The notes under the pieces: model-generated
Databases searched by the model: none
What the model saw: the letters and a program-made list of their open reading frames with translations, nothing else
Told to the model about the DNA's origin: nothing
Part shown: positions 27,891-37,942 of the stretch, piece after piece
Layout: each line of letters starts with the position of its first letter
Position numbering within the stretch: the first letter of the stretch is position 1
Source: Candidatus Thorarchaeota archaeon
GTDB lineage: Archaea; Asgardarchaeota; Thorarchaeia; Thorarchaeales; Thorarchaeaceae
Direction: 5' to 3'
DNA length: 64,000 nucleotides
Assembly: GCA_003345595.1 (NCBI GenBank)
Contig: PRDI01000075.1
Location: 11,276 to 75,275 of the forward strand
Position numbers and translations under genes: made by a program

Positions 27891-28091
27891 TCAGGACTCT
27901 CTGGTTTCAATACCCGTTTCAGTCGCCACTCTACGCGAACTTCTCTTCGCTCTTCGACGATAGTCCCCATACTTGTCTTCGATGGAAAACCTCGCAGGCT
28001 GAGGGTCCTTGACTCGTCCTCCACAGATCGGGCAGGTCTTGTCATGAAGAGTGTATTTGCCGCACGCAATGCACTTGAAGAGATGGGTCAC
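27891..28091 (-). CDS. nop10: H/ACA RNP protein Nop10
   Basis: CIACGKYTL...CPICG, PARFSIEDKYGDYR; GTG start; follows eIF2a. Confidence 0.93.
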   Translation of the reverse strand: MTHLFKCIACGKYTLHDKTCPICGGRVKDPQPARFSIEDKYGDYRRRAKRSSRRVATETGIETRES

Positions 28092-28104
28092 GTCGGATGA
28101 ACTC

Positions 28105-28899
28105 CTACTTCCGGCTGAGGCTGACCGATCCTCCATTGCCCTCAACGCTCTTCTTGACGATACTCATGATGCTCTGAAGCAGATCTTCTGCGTCCTTGTA
28201 TGTTGGACCAACGATATGGAGTTTGTAACGAGGAGCGCCCAAGGCATAGATTTCAACCGAGAGTCTCTTGTCGTCCTTTCCCTGCTCAAGCGCATCCGAC
28301 AGAGCCCTCTTAATCACTTCTATTCCCGCTGGCCCGGGCACAACAACAGACAACTCACCGTCTATGTCTACTGAAGGTATCTCGATACGCACCTTTGCCA
28401 GGTCCGCTATCTGTTTCTTCAGCTTCTTGTCGGCATTCACTTCTTCCAAGGCTTCCGGGCCGCCCTCTGCCGCGCGTTCAAGTCCTTTGTAGATCTCTCC
28501 ATACGCGTCCTCAAGAGGCCATCCCAGCTGCTCATAGATCTGGTCAAGTGTTATCCCGTTCTCGTTAGCCACACTCTCGAGGAGCTTCTCAGCTTTCTGG
28601 GCGCGTTTCCATTCGTTGTTCTTTGCCCTCTTCGCCTCTGCAGACACCCTTCTGAGGGAGCAGTCGATATGTTTCTTCTGTGTGTCTACCTGAAGCACTT
28701 TCACGACGGTTCTCATGTTTTCATGTATGTGGTTTCGAATGTTTCGCACCCATGTGCTGCTGATTTCAGAGATATGGATGAACCCCTCCTTGTCGCCATA
28801 CTCTGGCAGTGTCACATAGGCTCCATAAGATGCCACCTTTGTAGCGACAGCCACTGCATAGTCATCAGGCTGCGGCCACTCAGCGCGCTTCTTGACCAT
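28105..28899 (-). CDS. eif2a: Translation initiation factor 2 alpha subunit
   Basis: S1 domain YGAYVTL.EY...IHISEIS, IDCSLRRV, GAPRY. Confidence 0.96.
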   Translation of the reverse strand: MVKKRAEWPQPDDYAVAVATKVASYGAYVTLPEYGDKEGFIHISEISSTWVRNIRNHIHENMRTVVKVLQVDTQKKHIDCSLRRVSAEAKRAKNNEWKRAQKAEKLLESVANENGITLDQIYEQLGWPLEDAYGEIYKGLERAAEGGPEALEEVNADKKLKKQIADLAKVRIEIPSVDIDGELSVVVPGPAGIEVIKRALSDALEQGKDDKRLSVEIYALGAPRYKLHIVGPTYKDAEDLLQSIMSIVKKSVEGNGGSVSLSRK

Positions 28900-28939
28900 G
28901 TATCACTGCCCTCCCAATCAAGTCATGACGTGATGGCAT

Positions 28940-29140
28940 CTACTGAAGGGACTCGACTTCCCTAGCATTGGTTTCAAGTCTGGCTTTTCCACCGCTTGGC
29001 TTCGCCAATACCTTTCCACACTTCAGACACTTGACTTCGGTTGATGCATAAGCGAAGATGATTTGTTCGTTTTCGCAGTCCAGACATTTCACTTTCAGGA
29101 ACCGCGACTTGGGTTGCTGAACAATCTCTCGTCTGGCCAA
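28940..29140 (-). CDS. rps27e: 30S ribosomal protein S27e
   Basis: PKSRFLKVKCLDC...CLKCG..LAKPSGGKA; likely TTG start. Confidence 0.96.
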   Translation of the reverse strand: MARREIVQQPKSRFLKVKCLDCENEQIIFAYASTEVKCLKCGKVLAKPSGGKARLETNAREVESLQ

Positions 29141-29333
29141 TACCGTCACCGCTCTAATTCAAACATAATCGTCGCCGCAGTTGGGAAAACGATGCCCGAC
29201 TTTGGGACTTGTTAGGGCCGGGTTGAGCTTTCATTATAACTCTATCGACACAACGTCGAACTTCCGCCTCAAGAAACCATGAATGCACATCTCACCGAAT
29301 GAGTATCGGAATGAGATCTTGCTGTTGGCTGGT

Positions 29334-29615
29334 CTATGCACGAACAACCTCAAGTTTCTTCAGTCTCATGCCCTTGGTCATGAAGACGAATCCACAGACC
29401 TTGCACTTGTAATTGAGTGCAGTCTTCTTGGTTGTCTTGGCAAACTTGTGTTGGATTGGCTTTGGAAAAGAACCGTAGCCTTTCGTCTTTCTGACCAGTC
29501 TTCGCTTGCCCTGCGCCATTGTCCGGTCTTGTCCCTTCTTGTAGGTTGATATGGTGTGTTCTGTATATTTGTGGCATTTGGGACAGTATTTGTTCATCGA
29601 CCCCTTGATGTTCAT
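29334..29615 (-). CDS. rpl44e: 50S ribosomal protein L44e
   Basis: YCPKCHKYTEH, GYGSFPKP, KTTKK, CKVCG. Confidence 0.96.
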   Translation of the reverse strand: MNIKGSMNKYCPKCHKYTEHTISTYKKGQDRTMAQGKRRLVRKTKGYGSFPKPIQHKFAKTTKKTALNYKCKVCGFVFMTKGMRLKKLEVVRA

Positions 29616-29705
29616 CTCAGAATCACCGGCGTTCGGGCCGTCGGAAACGGCTGTGAGTTGTTTATAACCGTTGGGGCGCGTCGCATCCTCTTCTGAGTAT
29701 TGCGA

Positions 29706-29885
29706 CTACAGAATATGAGCTATAATGGTGGCGACTACAAGTATGGATGCGAATACCACGACCACCGTCGGGCCTATCTTCACACCTGGAGTCTCGTCTT
29801 CAAAGAACCTGATCAGCCCTGCACCACCTGAGGGCATCGGTCCTTCACCCTTCTTGCTCTTGCGCTTCTTGGCGGTCTTCGGCAT
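29706..29885 (-). CDS. secG: Protein translocase subunit Sec61beta (59 aa)
   Basis: Hand-translated MPKTAKKRKSKKGEGPMPSGGAGLIRFFEDETPGVKIGPTVVVVFASILVVATIIAHIL*; GAGG SD; below the ORF-track cutoff. Confidence 0.93.
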   Translation of the reverse strand: MPKTAKKRKSKKGEGPMPSGGAGLIRFFEDETPGVKIGPTVVVVFASILVVATIIAHIL

Positions 29886-29972
29886 CCTTTTGCCTCCTCG
29901 GTTGAGGACCCAGCTAGTCCTGACCTTTTAATTCTTTTGACGCATCCAGCTAAAACGTGTAGGCCGGAGCCG

Positions 29973-30269
29973 CTACGGCTCTTGCACACATTCACAAGGA
30001 GCCTTATGGCATCGAGAGCATACACCGTTATACTTACTTCGCAGGGCAGTTGAGAGATCGATGTCAAGAAGATTGGCCAGTGAACACAGCCACGCAAAGA
30101 CATCTGCCATCTCGTCAGAAACTTCGTTTCGACCTTTATGTCTGAGAACCGCGTCGCTGAGCTCGGCAAGTTCCTGCATTGTCCTCAACAGGGTTCTGTC
30201 GACTCCTCTCGCTTTGTCTCTCTGGTAGTAGATAAGGCGCATGAGTTCCTGTGCTTCTCTAATATCCAT
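29973..30269 (-). CDS. MazG-like nucleotide pyrophosphohydrolase
   Basis: IYYQRDKARG, QELAEL, DEMADVFAWL, C-terminal CSRC..PCEC. Confidence 0.9.
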   Translation of the reverse strand: MDIREAQELMRLIYYQRDKARGVDRTLLRTMQELAELSDAVLRHKGRNEVSDEMADVFAWLCSLANLLDIDLSTALRSKYNGVCSRCHKAPCECVQEP

Positions 30270-30297
30270 CGAAATTCCACTCGGGAGTCAATGTGTG

Positions 30298-31629
30298 CTA
30301 CTTGAATCTCAGATGAGCATAGGCAGGTGTTACAGTGTCGAAGGCGAAGTGGACCTTCTGGTAGCTCTTTCTGAAGGCCTCAACCTCGGCAGATATCTTC
30401 TTGACGTTCTCGCCCTTCACAACAACACGGTGCATGAATTCTGCAATGGTGTCCATTTCAGATTCCTTCATGCCTAGCCTAGTCATCTCACTGGTCCCCA
30501 GGCGAATACCACCCGGTTTCTTATAATCGCGTCCCATCTTCTTATCCCAAGGCAGGAGGTTGCGATTGATGATTATGTTCGCTTTCTCAAGTTCTTCTTC
30601 GACAGTCCGTCCATTCTTCATCGGAGTGTCTGATACATCGATGAGTATCGTATGCGATTCCGTGAAGCCCTTGTGGGCTGCTACGACCTTCCAACCTTTG
30701 TCGTAGAGTGCCTGTGCAAGCGCTTTCGCGTTCTTAATGATCTGGTCCGCATACTGTTCCCCGAACTCCGTCATCTCAGCTAGTGCAACGGCAAGTCCGG
30801 CCACATTGTGTAGATGGTGGTTACTCATCATGGCAGGGAATGCCGCCTGCTTGACCTTCTCAGCGTATTCGGCCTTCGAGAGGACCATACCGTGCTGTGG
30901 CCCCGGCATTGTCTTGTGCGTTGATGCAGTCACAATGTCTGCGCCTTCTCTCAGAGGGTCCTGAAACCGTCCTGCAGCAATGAGCCCAGAAACATGTGCA
31001 GAATCGTAACCGATGTGCATACCATACTCATCAGCAACTTCACGGAACTCTTTCACTGGGTGAGGAAAAGGGAAGACACTCCCTCCGAAGAGCAGAAACT
31101 CCGTGTGCTTTCCTTCTGCTTCTAGGCTTCTGATTTCCTTGATGCTAGCATCGACATCGATGTTGAACTCCTTCTCGTCGAAAGCGTAGTTGCGGACCTT
31201 GTGTCCCCTTACCGCCCCCGCGGTACCGCCAAGGTCTCCTCTGGCGTGAGAGATATGGCCACCATGTGCAATGGACAGGGCAACCATCCTGGCGCCTGGC
31301 TCCATCATGGCAGTGTACATCATCAGGTTGGCGACCACTCCAGACACTGGACGCACGTCAGCAAACTCGGCTCTAAACAGCTTCTTCGCCAAGTCGATAC
31401 AGATCAACTCGACTTGGTCGATGTACACACATCCGGCATACACTCGTTCACCCGGCCATCCTTCTGCGTAGCGGTCTCTGAAGTCACAGACTATTGCTGA
31501 TCTTACAGCAGGCGACGACACATTTTCCGATGCGATCAGATTGATAGTCTTGGTCATCCAGTCATCGTGTTGCTCTATGAGACTGAACACCTTGTCATAC
31601 AGCTTTTTGTGCTCACTCAATTTCTGCAC
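30298..31629 (-). CDS. glyA: Serine hydroxymethyltransferase (archaeal type)
   Basis: NLIASEN, RYAEG, GGHISH, STHKT, GIRLGT; start may be the TTG 9 nt downstream. Confidence 0.96.
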   Translation of the reverse strand: MQKLSEHKKLYDKVFSLIEQHDDWMTKTINLIASENVSSPAVRSAIVCDFRDRYAEGWPGERVYAGCVYIDQVELICIDLAKKLFRAEFADVRPVSGVVANLMMYTAMMEPGARMVALSIAHGGHISHARGDLGGTAGAVRGHKVRNYAFDEKEFNIDVDASIKEIRSLEAEGKHTEFLLFGGSVFPFPHPVKEFREVADEYGMHIGYDSAHVSGLIAAGRFQDPLREGADIVTASTHKTMPGPQHGMVLSKAEYAEKVKQAAFPAMMSNHHLHNVAGLAVALAEMTEFGEQYADQIIKNAKALAQALYDKGWKVVAAHKGFTESHTILIDVSDTPMKNGRTVEEELEKANIIINRNLLPWDKKMGRDYKKPGGIRLGTSEMTRLGMKESEMDTIAEFMHRVVVKGENVKKISAEVEAFRKSYQKVHFAFDTVTPAYAHLRFK

Positions 31630-31751
31630 TTCCAGTCTGGAGTGGTGGTCCTGAAGTCGGAGAGCCTCCCTTCGTTATATGACTTGCGTCAACACAGATT
31701 GGCGTAGAACCGGAATCTCTATAAACTGAAGCTGGGCTCCGGGCGTTTTGT

Positions 31752-31892
31752 GGGCCAGTGGCTAAGCCAGGTATAGCGACAGGCTCTTACGTTTCTCAGT
31801 GGCCCCGCTGGGAGATGGAGATACCTGTTGGTCGGGGGTTCGAAAACCCCCCATATTCCATGGGGCGATCGACTATCCCCCCTGGCCCGCCA
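31752..31892 (+). tRNA. tRNA-Lys(CTT) with two introns (37/38 and T-loop)
   Basis: Cloverleaf restored after removing 31790-31822 and about 31845-31875; acceptor GGGCCAG/CTGGCCC, anticodon stem ACAGG/CCTGT, encoded CCA. Confidence 0.9.
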
Positions 31893-31900
31893 TTTACTTC

Positions 31901-33142
31901 TCATCTACGTTGGGGGTCAGTTTCGGCAGCGAATGAAACGGCGCTCTGCAGATTTTGATACAGCTGAAGCAGCAACATTGAGTGTTTTTGTAGGTCAAAG
32001 CGCTTTTCGACAGTGTTGCGGGCGTTTTTTCCTAGTTTCACCCGCAGTGCGAAGTCCGACATAATCCGACGGACCGCCTTCGTGAGTTCATCGACATCTC
32101 CGGGCGACACAGTGAAACCGTCATAGGCGTGGGTGACAATCTCGCTGGGGCCGTGAATGTTCGAGGTGATGACAGGGACTCCACAGGCCATTGCCTCAAT
32201 AACAGAAAGCCCAAACGGTTCCTCTCTGGATGGGTACAGGAAGACTCGGATACTGTTCATGAGACTCGGAATCCTATCAATTGGTACGACACCCAAGTAA
32301 TCTACTTGCTCAATCACATTCATTCTCCCGAAATCATTAAAGACTTCCCTACGAATTGATCCATCCCCAGTAATCACAAGACGAATGTCAGGGAAGTGGG
32401 GCTTCAGAGCTGACAGCATCTCGGGAAAGAGGTCCACTGCCTTCATTCGTTCAAGTCTTCCAAAGAACCCTAAATCCCACTTTCTCTTGAGCCCTGTCTG
32501 TGGCTGGAATATTGAGAGATCCACTCCAAGGTAGAGTACATTTACTCTCTTTCTCAGACGTTTCGAGAGATGAGCTTGTAGTGCAACCTCTACGGCTCTG
32601 CTGACTGCAATGATTCTATCAAATGGACATGATTCTGCGAGCTGCCTGTAGTCTGTGGTTTTCTCTCCGTTGGGAAGGACTAGGGCCTTGGGGAGACCGT
32701 GAATGGTCGCAAGCACTGGCACGTTGACAAGTCTGTTCTTACGTAGTTTCTCAATCACTCTGTTGAAGACCACATACGTGCTGTGTGCGTGAATTATGTC
32801 AGGGGAAATGTCGTGGACTAGAGAGTTGAGTTGACCTGCCAATATCTCAACATCACTAGCAACATCATCCTGCCTAAAGATGCGACCAGCAGCCTTCGCC
32901 CGTTCTTCTTCGGGTAATGAGAGAAAGTCCCACTTCCGCGCCTCTAGGAGATTCCCCGGAAGGTGAAAGAGCGTGTAGTATGGCCGTTTCACTGATTCTG
33001 GAGAGTTCGTACCCGGCGGTTGAGTCACGATGAATGACTCGTGTCCCTGCGATTCAAGTGCCCTTGAGAGATAGTGCAGGTAGGACTCATAGCCTCCAAC
33101 GCCTGAAGGGTTGAGGCTATCGCAGACATGGAGAATCCTCAT
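31901..33142 (-). CDS. Glycosyltransferase family 4
   Basis: GGYE, IIHAHS, FFGRL...K, EPFGLSVIEAMACG. Confidence 0.93.
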   Translation of the reverse strand: MRILHVCDSLNPSGVGGYESYLHYLSRALESQGHESFIVTQPPGTNSPESVKRPYYTLFHLPGNLLEARKWDFLSLPEEERAKAAGRIFRQDDVASDVEILAGQLNSLVHDISPDIIHAHSTYVVFNRVIEKLRKNRLVNVPVLATIHGLPKALVLPNGEKTTDYRQLAESCPFDRIIAVSRAVEVALQAHLSKRLRKRVNVLYLGVDLSIFQPQTGLKRKWDLGFFGRLERMKAVDLFPEMLSALKPHFPDIRLVITGDGSIRREVFNDFGRMNVIEQVDYLGVVPIDRIPSLMNSIRVFLYPSREEPFGLSVIEAMACGVPVITSNIHGPSEIVTHAYDGFTVSPGDVDELTKAVRRIMSDFALRVKLGKNARNTVEKRFDLQKHSMLLLQLYQNLQSAVSFAAETDPQRR

Positions 33143-33229
33143 CTAGCGGGCTCCTTTGGTTCGTCTGCCAGGCATCAGCTTAATCTGTCTAGCTCTTAGC
33201 ACGTTTGAATCATCAAGAGGGCGCATGGC

Positions 33230-34312
33230 TTGATACCAAGTGCTCATGACGGACTGCCCAAGTATGTAAGAGACCGCGACATAGTCCATGACAAGAATGG
33301 CCGTGTCTTTGTTGCTCTGGGCCACATTCAACCAGTCGAACGCATACTATCTTTTCTCAAATATGTACCGGACCCGGGGGGCGAATGGCGTAGTGGCAAT
33401 AACAGGTACCGACGTGTGTTCTGGGGTGGGGTCGACTCTGTCACTAGGGGTATGGCCATGGTACCCCCTCACTATATAGTGGATGATACTCACTTTGGCA
33501 CCAGCCTATTGGAGCCGCCCAGAGAGAGCATCTCAAAGTACTTCAGTCCCGAGTTACGACTGAGTGAGATTTCTCGCGAAGGCCCCCGTGACGAACTTGA
33601 GTCATCTGCCAAGCATCTAGCTGAGCTGATTCATGACGCACTTGGCATTCCTCTTGAACGCATTGGGGTCACCGGGAGCATTTGTTGGAAGGCGCATGAT
33701 CCAGCACGTTCAGACATTAACATGAATGTCTACGGTTATAGAGAGGCGTGGCGCCTTCAGTGTGGTTTCGAACAACTCGCAGACCAGAACAAGCATGTGA
33801 CTCTGAGAGGCCACTCGGACTGGGGCCCCGCTCTATGCCGAACGATGCAGCGGTTTCCTCAGCTGCCGGCTAGCGTAATCGAGAATCTGTTTCGCCGACG
33901 TAATGAACTGTGTGTTGATGGTAAGTGCATCGGGATAATGCCCGTACTCCTGCCAAGTGAGGTACCGATACAACATGGTAGCGAACATTACGTTTCAATG
34001 ACCAATGACCCTGTGAGCATCACAATGAACATCAGTGATGCAAGATACGGTATCTTCATGCCTGCAATGTACCAAGGCATATCAGAACCCGTGAACGCAA
34101 TACATGGTGCCCGAATCAGTCGTATAATGGTCTATGACGGCATGTTCAGAGGTCTACTGCGTACCGGTGATCGCGTTGAAGCGGTAGGGGCTCTTCAAAG
34201 AGTCAAGTCCGGGTCAGAGGCAGACGACGGGCACGAGTCTTATCAGATTATGATAGGTACCAAGAATGGCTACGGACATGAGTTCATTCGCGTGGTCAAG
34301 GCCAGCTCCTAG
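33230..34312 (+). CDS. Predicted nucleotidyltransferase (COG1665-like)
   Basis: RDRD..., LKYVP, IGVTGS...SDIN motif, C-terminal OB-like VEAVG. Confidence 0.75.
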   Translation: MIPSAHDGLPKYVRDRDIVHDKNGRVFVALGHIQPVERILSFLKYVPDPGGEWRSGNNRYRRVFWGGVDSVTRGMAMVPPHYIVDDTHFGTSLLEPPRESISKYFSPELRLSEISREGPRDELESSAKHLAELIHDALGIPLERIGVTGSICWKAHDPARSDINMNVYGYREAWRLQCGFEQLADQNKHVTLRGHSDWGPALCRTMQRFPQLPASVIENLFRRRNELCVDGKCIGIMPVLLPSEVPIQHGSEHYVSMTNDPVSITMNISDARYGIFMPAMYQGISEPVNAIHGARISRIMVYDGMFRGLLRTGDRVEAVGALQRVKSGSEADDGHESYQIMIGTKNGYGHEFIRVVKASS

Positions 34313-34380
34313 TGGTCACATGAATCGGACGACACAGATTCATCGGAAGTGTCTTAGGCACTAAACAGTAGTTGCACTTG

Positions 34381-35442
34381 ATGTACTCCCCTAGACCCTT
34401 TCTCAGAATACCTGAAAGTGACGGAGATTGGGTAAGGAAGGCCCTCTTGACTGCCAATCTGCTCGACAAGGACTTCAGAATTGAATCGAGAGATGGTATG
34501 CTGTTCATTCCTCTGAGGCATGAGGTGGAACACGAGAGGATTCGAGAAATCCTTGGGGTCGTCGCCTTCGAAACCGGAAGGAAGGACTTCGACCCGCTTT
34601 CCAAGTGTCCAAGAACACTCAAAGACGCATTGGCTGGCACGATGGGCGCCGAGCAAATGGCGTTGCTTCCCAGAGCGTACGATATGGTGGGTGACATAGC
34701 GGTGCTTGAGCTGCCAGAAGAGATAGCATCATATGGAAAGCAAATTGGCGAGGCATTCTTGGCAGTCCACAGCAGCTTCATGACAGTCCTAGCCAAAAGA
34801 GGCGCCGTGTCAGGTACTTCCAGAACGCGACAGTATGAATTCCTTGCAGGCCAGAGAAAGACAAAGACTGTTCATACAGAATACGGTTGCAGAATTGCCG
34901 TGGACTTGGCAAAGGCCTACTTCAGTCCTCGGCTGCTTGAAGAGCACAGCAGGATTGCCAAACAGGTGAATGATGACGAGCTCATCATAGACATGTTCAC
35001 CGGTGTCGGCTGCTTCCCTCTCCACATTACAAGAGCGCACGATTCTCGTGTGGTGGCAATAGACATCAACCCAGACGCAATCCGCTTGCTGAGAGAGAGC
35101 ATGAGCATGAACCGGCTCAGAGGCGAGATTGTCCCGGTAGTGGCAGACTCAGGAGTCTACGTCCGGGCCAACTTCTTCAAGAATGCCGATCGCATCATAA
35201 TGAATCATCCCTCAGGGGCTCTGGAATTCGTTTCAGAGGCTTGTCATGCAATCAGGGACAATGGGGTAATTCACTACCACGCATTCACGGGAGCAGACAA
35301 TTCGGACGAAGAGATGATCGAGAAGGTCACTCAAGTAATCAGCAAGAGCGGCCGGGATCTTGTTGAGATAGCACAACTGAAGCGTGTTCGCGAGAGTGCT
35401 CCTCACGAATACCAGATGGTTGCAGACTTGATTATCCGCTGA
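34381..35442 (+). CDS. trm5: tRNA (guanine-37-N1) methyltransferase Trm5
   Basis: YDMVGDIAV, YFSPRL..E, DMFTGVG, DINPDA, DRIIMNHP. Confidence 0.92.
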   Translation: MYSPRPFLRIPESDGDWVRKALLTANLLDKDFRIESRDGMLFIPLRHEVEHERIREILGVVAFETGRKDFDPLSKCPRTLKDALAGTMGAEQMALLPRAYDMVGDIAVLELPEEIASYGKQIGEAFLAVHSSFMTVLAKRGAVSGTSRTRQYEFLAGQRKTKTVHTEYGCRIAVDLAKAYFSPRLLEEHSRIAKQVNDDELIIDMFTGVGCFPLHITRAHDSRVVAIDINPDAIRLLRESMSMNRLRGEIVPVVADSGVYVRANFFKNADRIIMNHPSGALEFVSEACHAIRDNGVIHYHAFTGADNSDEEMIEKVTQVISKSGRDLVEIAQLKRVRESAPHEYQMVADLIIR

Positions 35443-35857
35443 TGTAGATGAGTTCACAATCCAGCACGGCATCAGGCCGTTTGAGCCTATCCACAAAACC
35501 ACGGTCCAATCCCGATGCCGCTTTGTCCGCCTGGACGAGCACAGTACGTCCGCACTCAAACGAGCTGGTCCGTGCAACCATGCTTGTGGTGTCAGTGTAC
35601 GTGAGACCTATACTGCCTCGACCCACTACTTCCTCGGTCATGTCATCTACCGACAATTTGAGGACTATCTTCGTGTTTCTGTTTCTAGCCATGGCCTTTA
35701 TCTCATCATCCAAGTTTCGCAGAGTCTGGTTGGCGCAGATGCCAACAATGCAGGTGCCCCGTCTTGTGACACCTCTCTCAGTCGTTATCTCAAGCGTGGT
35801 ATCATGTCTGCCTACTATGTTGCTGTGGCCTGCTGCCCGAAAGCGGACACTACGCAT
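35432..35857 (-). CDS. DUF371 family protein
   Basis: GHSNI...HDTTLEIT...RGTCIVG, ADKAA..LDR. Confidence 0.88.
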   Translation of the reverse strand: MRSVRFRAAGHSNIVGRHDTTLEITTERGVTRRGTCIVGICANQTLRNLDDEIKAMARNRNTKIVLKLSVDDMTEEVVGRGSIGLTYTDTTSMVARTSSFECGRTVLVQADKAASGLDRGFVDRLKRPDAVLDCELIYISG

Positions 35858-35916
35858 GCCCCATTGATTGCTCTCAAGGCTTTTATCATTGCACGTATCT
35901 CCACTTTACGATTGGT

Positions 35917-36594
35917 ATGCCTGAGAGCCGCATGAAGAGTGAAAAGGAGGGTCTGGTTCAGCGGCTAAAGGCCAGTGGCTATCTTGCAAGCGAACAAGTG
36001 GAACGAGCATTAAGAAGAGTACCACGCGAGGAGTTTGTATTGCCTGAGCTTCGGGACGAGGCATACCGAGATACACCCCTCCCGATATGTTGTGGACAGA
36101 CGATATCTGCGCCCCATATGTGCGTGATTATGTGTGAAGCATTGGAGCTTGGAGAAGGGCTCAGAGTGTTGGAGGTAGGTGCGGGATCTGGTTACCACGC
36201 CGCTCTCTGTGCCGAGATAATTGCACCTACGGACGCACAAACGCCCGGTCATGTATATACTGTAGAGATTATGGATGGGCTCATCAACTTCGCACGAGGG
36301 AATCTCGAGCGGACTGGTTATGCCAGTAGGGTGACCTTGATTCACGGTGACGGCGGGAAAGGTCTTCCCCAATATGCGCCTTTCGACAGGGTAATTGTCA
36401 CGGCGGCTGCTCCATCTGTACCTCCGCCATTGGTAGAGCAGCTTGTTCCTGGAGGCACGATGCTGATACCGGTAGGTGGACGTGGTTTCTTCCAAGAGCT
36501 GCTGGTCCTGAGGAAAGACCCAAAGGGCAGAATCAGCACAAAGAACTGGGGTGGTGTCGCATTTGTGCCTCTCACAGGTGAGTATGGACACTGA
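35917..36594 (+). CDS. pcm: Protein-L-isoaspartate O-methyltransferase
   Basis: VPREEF, AYRDTPL, QTISAPHM, LEVGAGSGY, APFDRVIVTAA, FVPL. Confidence 0.95.
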   Translation: MPESRMKSEKEGLVQRLKASGYLASEQVERALRRVPREEFVLPELRDEAYRDTPLPICCGQTISAPHMCVIMCEALELGEGLRVLEVGAGSGYHAALCAEIIAPTDAQTPGHVYTVEIMDGLINFARGNLERTGYASRVTLIHGDGGKGLPQYAPFDRVIVTAAAPSVPPPLVEQLVPGGTMLIPVGGRGFFQELLVLRKDPKGRISTKNWGGVAFVPLTGEYGH

Positions 36595-36596
36595 GC

Positions 36597-37277
36597 TCAC
36601 GTCACAAGGTGAAGTGGCACCACCCTGAGGACAAGGGCCTCATCGACACCTAGGCCGAGCTTCTTCCTCAGGTTCACAGGCGCAATCACCTCAAGAATGT
36701 CCTGACTGTGATGTGTCCTCTGAGCAATGACGACCGCGCCTTCAATCTTGTCGTTGACTCTCACTCTGTAGCAGATCACATCACCGAATGTCCTTCCTTC
36801 TCTAGTGAAGCCAGTTACAACCAGTGGTGGAGTATGCTTCATCCTGCTGACTGCTCTCTGCGACTCTTCGTCAGCGACTTTGACATTCAGAGTACCAGAG
36901 AAAGGAGCGAAACCAAGTGCGCTCCTGAATCTCGAGGAGTAGGCATCAACGTAATACGCTCCTTCACCTAGGCCGTCCACAACCTTACCGCGAATCAGAA
37001 TCTCGTTTCCAGTCTGCGCTAGGGCGGTTTCTAGGCCTCCGAGAATCTGCAGCAACTCATTGCGACCCTGCTCCGTAAGCTCGACCCCCATACCATTCGC
37101 AGTGAGGGTCCGGCTTATGTATCCACTCTCAGCACAGTGAGCCACACGACGTGATGCAGTCTGCTGGCTTACTCCCATGAAATTGCCGAGTTGACGAGTA
37201 GTCAAGGTCACCCGCTCATGTATTGCTCCAAGTTGTGCCAATGAGTAGAGGGTGAACCATGTTTCGGGTTCAATCAA
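36597..37277 (-). CDS. ribK: CTP-dependent riboflavin kinase with N-terminal wHTH
   Basis: SQQTASR HTH; GLGEGAYY, PFSGTLN, EVIAPVNLR; TTG/GTG start overlapping the nfi stop. Confidence 0.92.
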   Translation of the reverse strand: MIEPETWFTLYSLAQLGAIHERVTLTTRQLGNFMGVSQQTASRRVAHCAESGYISRTLTANGMGVELTEQGRNELLQILGGLETALAQTGNEILIRGKVVDGLGEGAYYVDAYSSRFRSALGFAPFSGTLNVKVADEESQRAVSRMKHTPPLVVTGFTREGRTFGDVICYRVRVNDKIEGAVVIAQRTHHSQDILEVIAPVNLRKKLGLGVDEALVLRVVPLHLVT

Positions 37278-37942
37278 CACGCGCTGCCTCCATGAAGTGT
37301 TTGTACCCACGACTTTGCGATGCTATGAGCTCTGCGGAGTGGTTCGGGAAAGCCATGAATGGAAGTCTTCCTGACAACATCAAGGGCGGTTTCAAGACTG
37401 ACTCTGTGTCCAATTGACACAAAGACCGGCTTTTTCTTGCCATTGAGCCACAGTGCCGAACCGACGGTCTGCCCCGCATCTACGACTTCAGCTGTGTCAC
37501 CAGAACGAGCCTGAATCTCCCCCTGTAGAAGAGTCTTGGTGACGCCGACTGTCTGCCTATCCATCGTAACTCCCAAGTATGAGGCGAGACCAAGTCTGCG
37601 GGGATGAAGGACGCCGTTGCCGTTGATCAAGACGGGTCCTGTTGGCTCCAATTCACCAAGAATGGAAGCCACTATTGGTCCCTCACGCAACTGAAGGAAT
37701 CCCGGCAGGTAGGGCGTCCTACACTCACATGTTCTCTTTACAATCTGCACTACAGCCTGATTATGGAGGTTCATCACCACAGCGCAGCCCAATGCCTCAG
37801 TGTCCGTGTAAGCAACATCTATGCCAGTGACAAGTAGGCCATTGAATGGTGGCTCGTCACGGGCGATGACTCTTTTCGCGAGTTCCATCTGCTGAGTTTC
37901 AGCCTGTGCTATTGCCTGAATGAGCTCAGCGTTTGCGCTCAT
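37274..37942 (-). CDS. nfi: Endonuclease V
   Basis: GIDVAY, PYLPGFL..RE, G.LHPRRLGLAS, PVFVSIGH, PEPLRRAH; DG motif reads NG. Confidence 0.9.
   Translation of the reverse strand: MSANAELIQAIAQAETQQMELAKRVIARDEPPFNGLLVTGIDVAYTDTEALGCAVVMNLHNQAVVQIVKRTCECRTPYLPGFLQLREGPIVASILGELEPTGPVLINGNGVLHPRRLGLASYLGVTMDRQTVGVTKTLLQGEIQARSGDTAEVVDAGQTVGSALWLNGKKKPVFVSIGHRVSLETALDVVRKTSIHGFPEPLRRAHSIAKSWVQTLHGGSAC

Noticed and set aside
27891-29615. rpl44e-rps27e-eif2a-nop10 cluster
   Set aside because: Well-known conserved archaeal gene order, not novel
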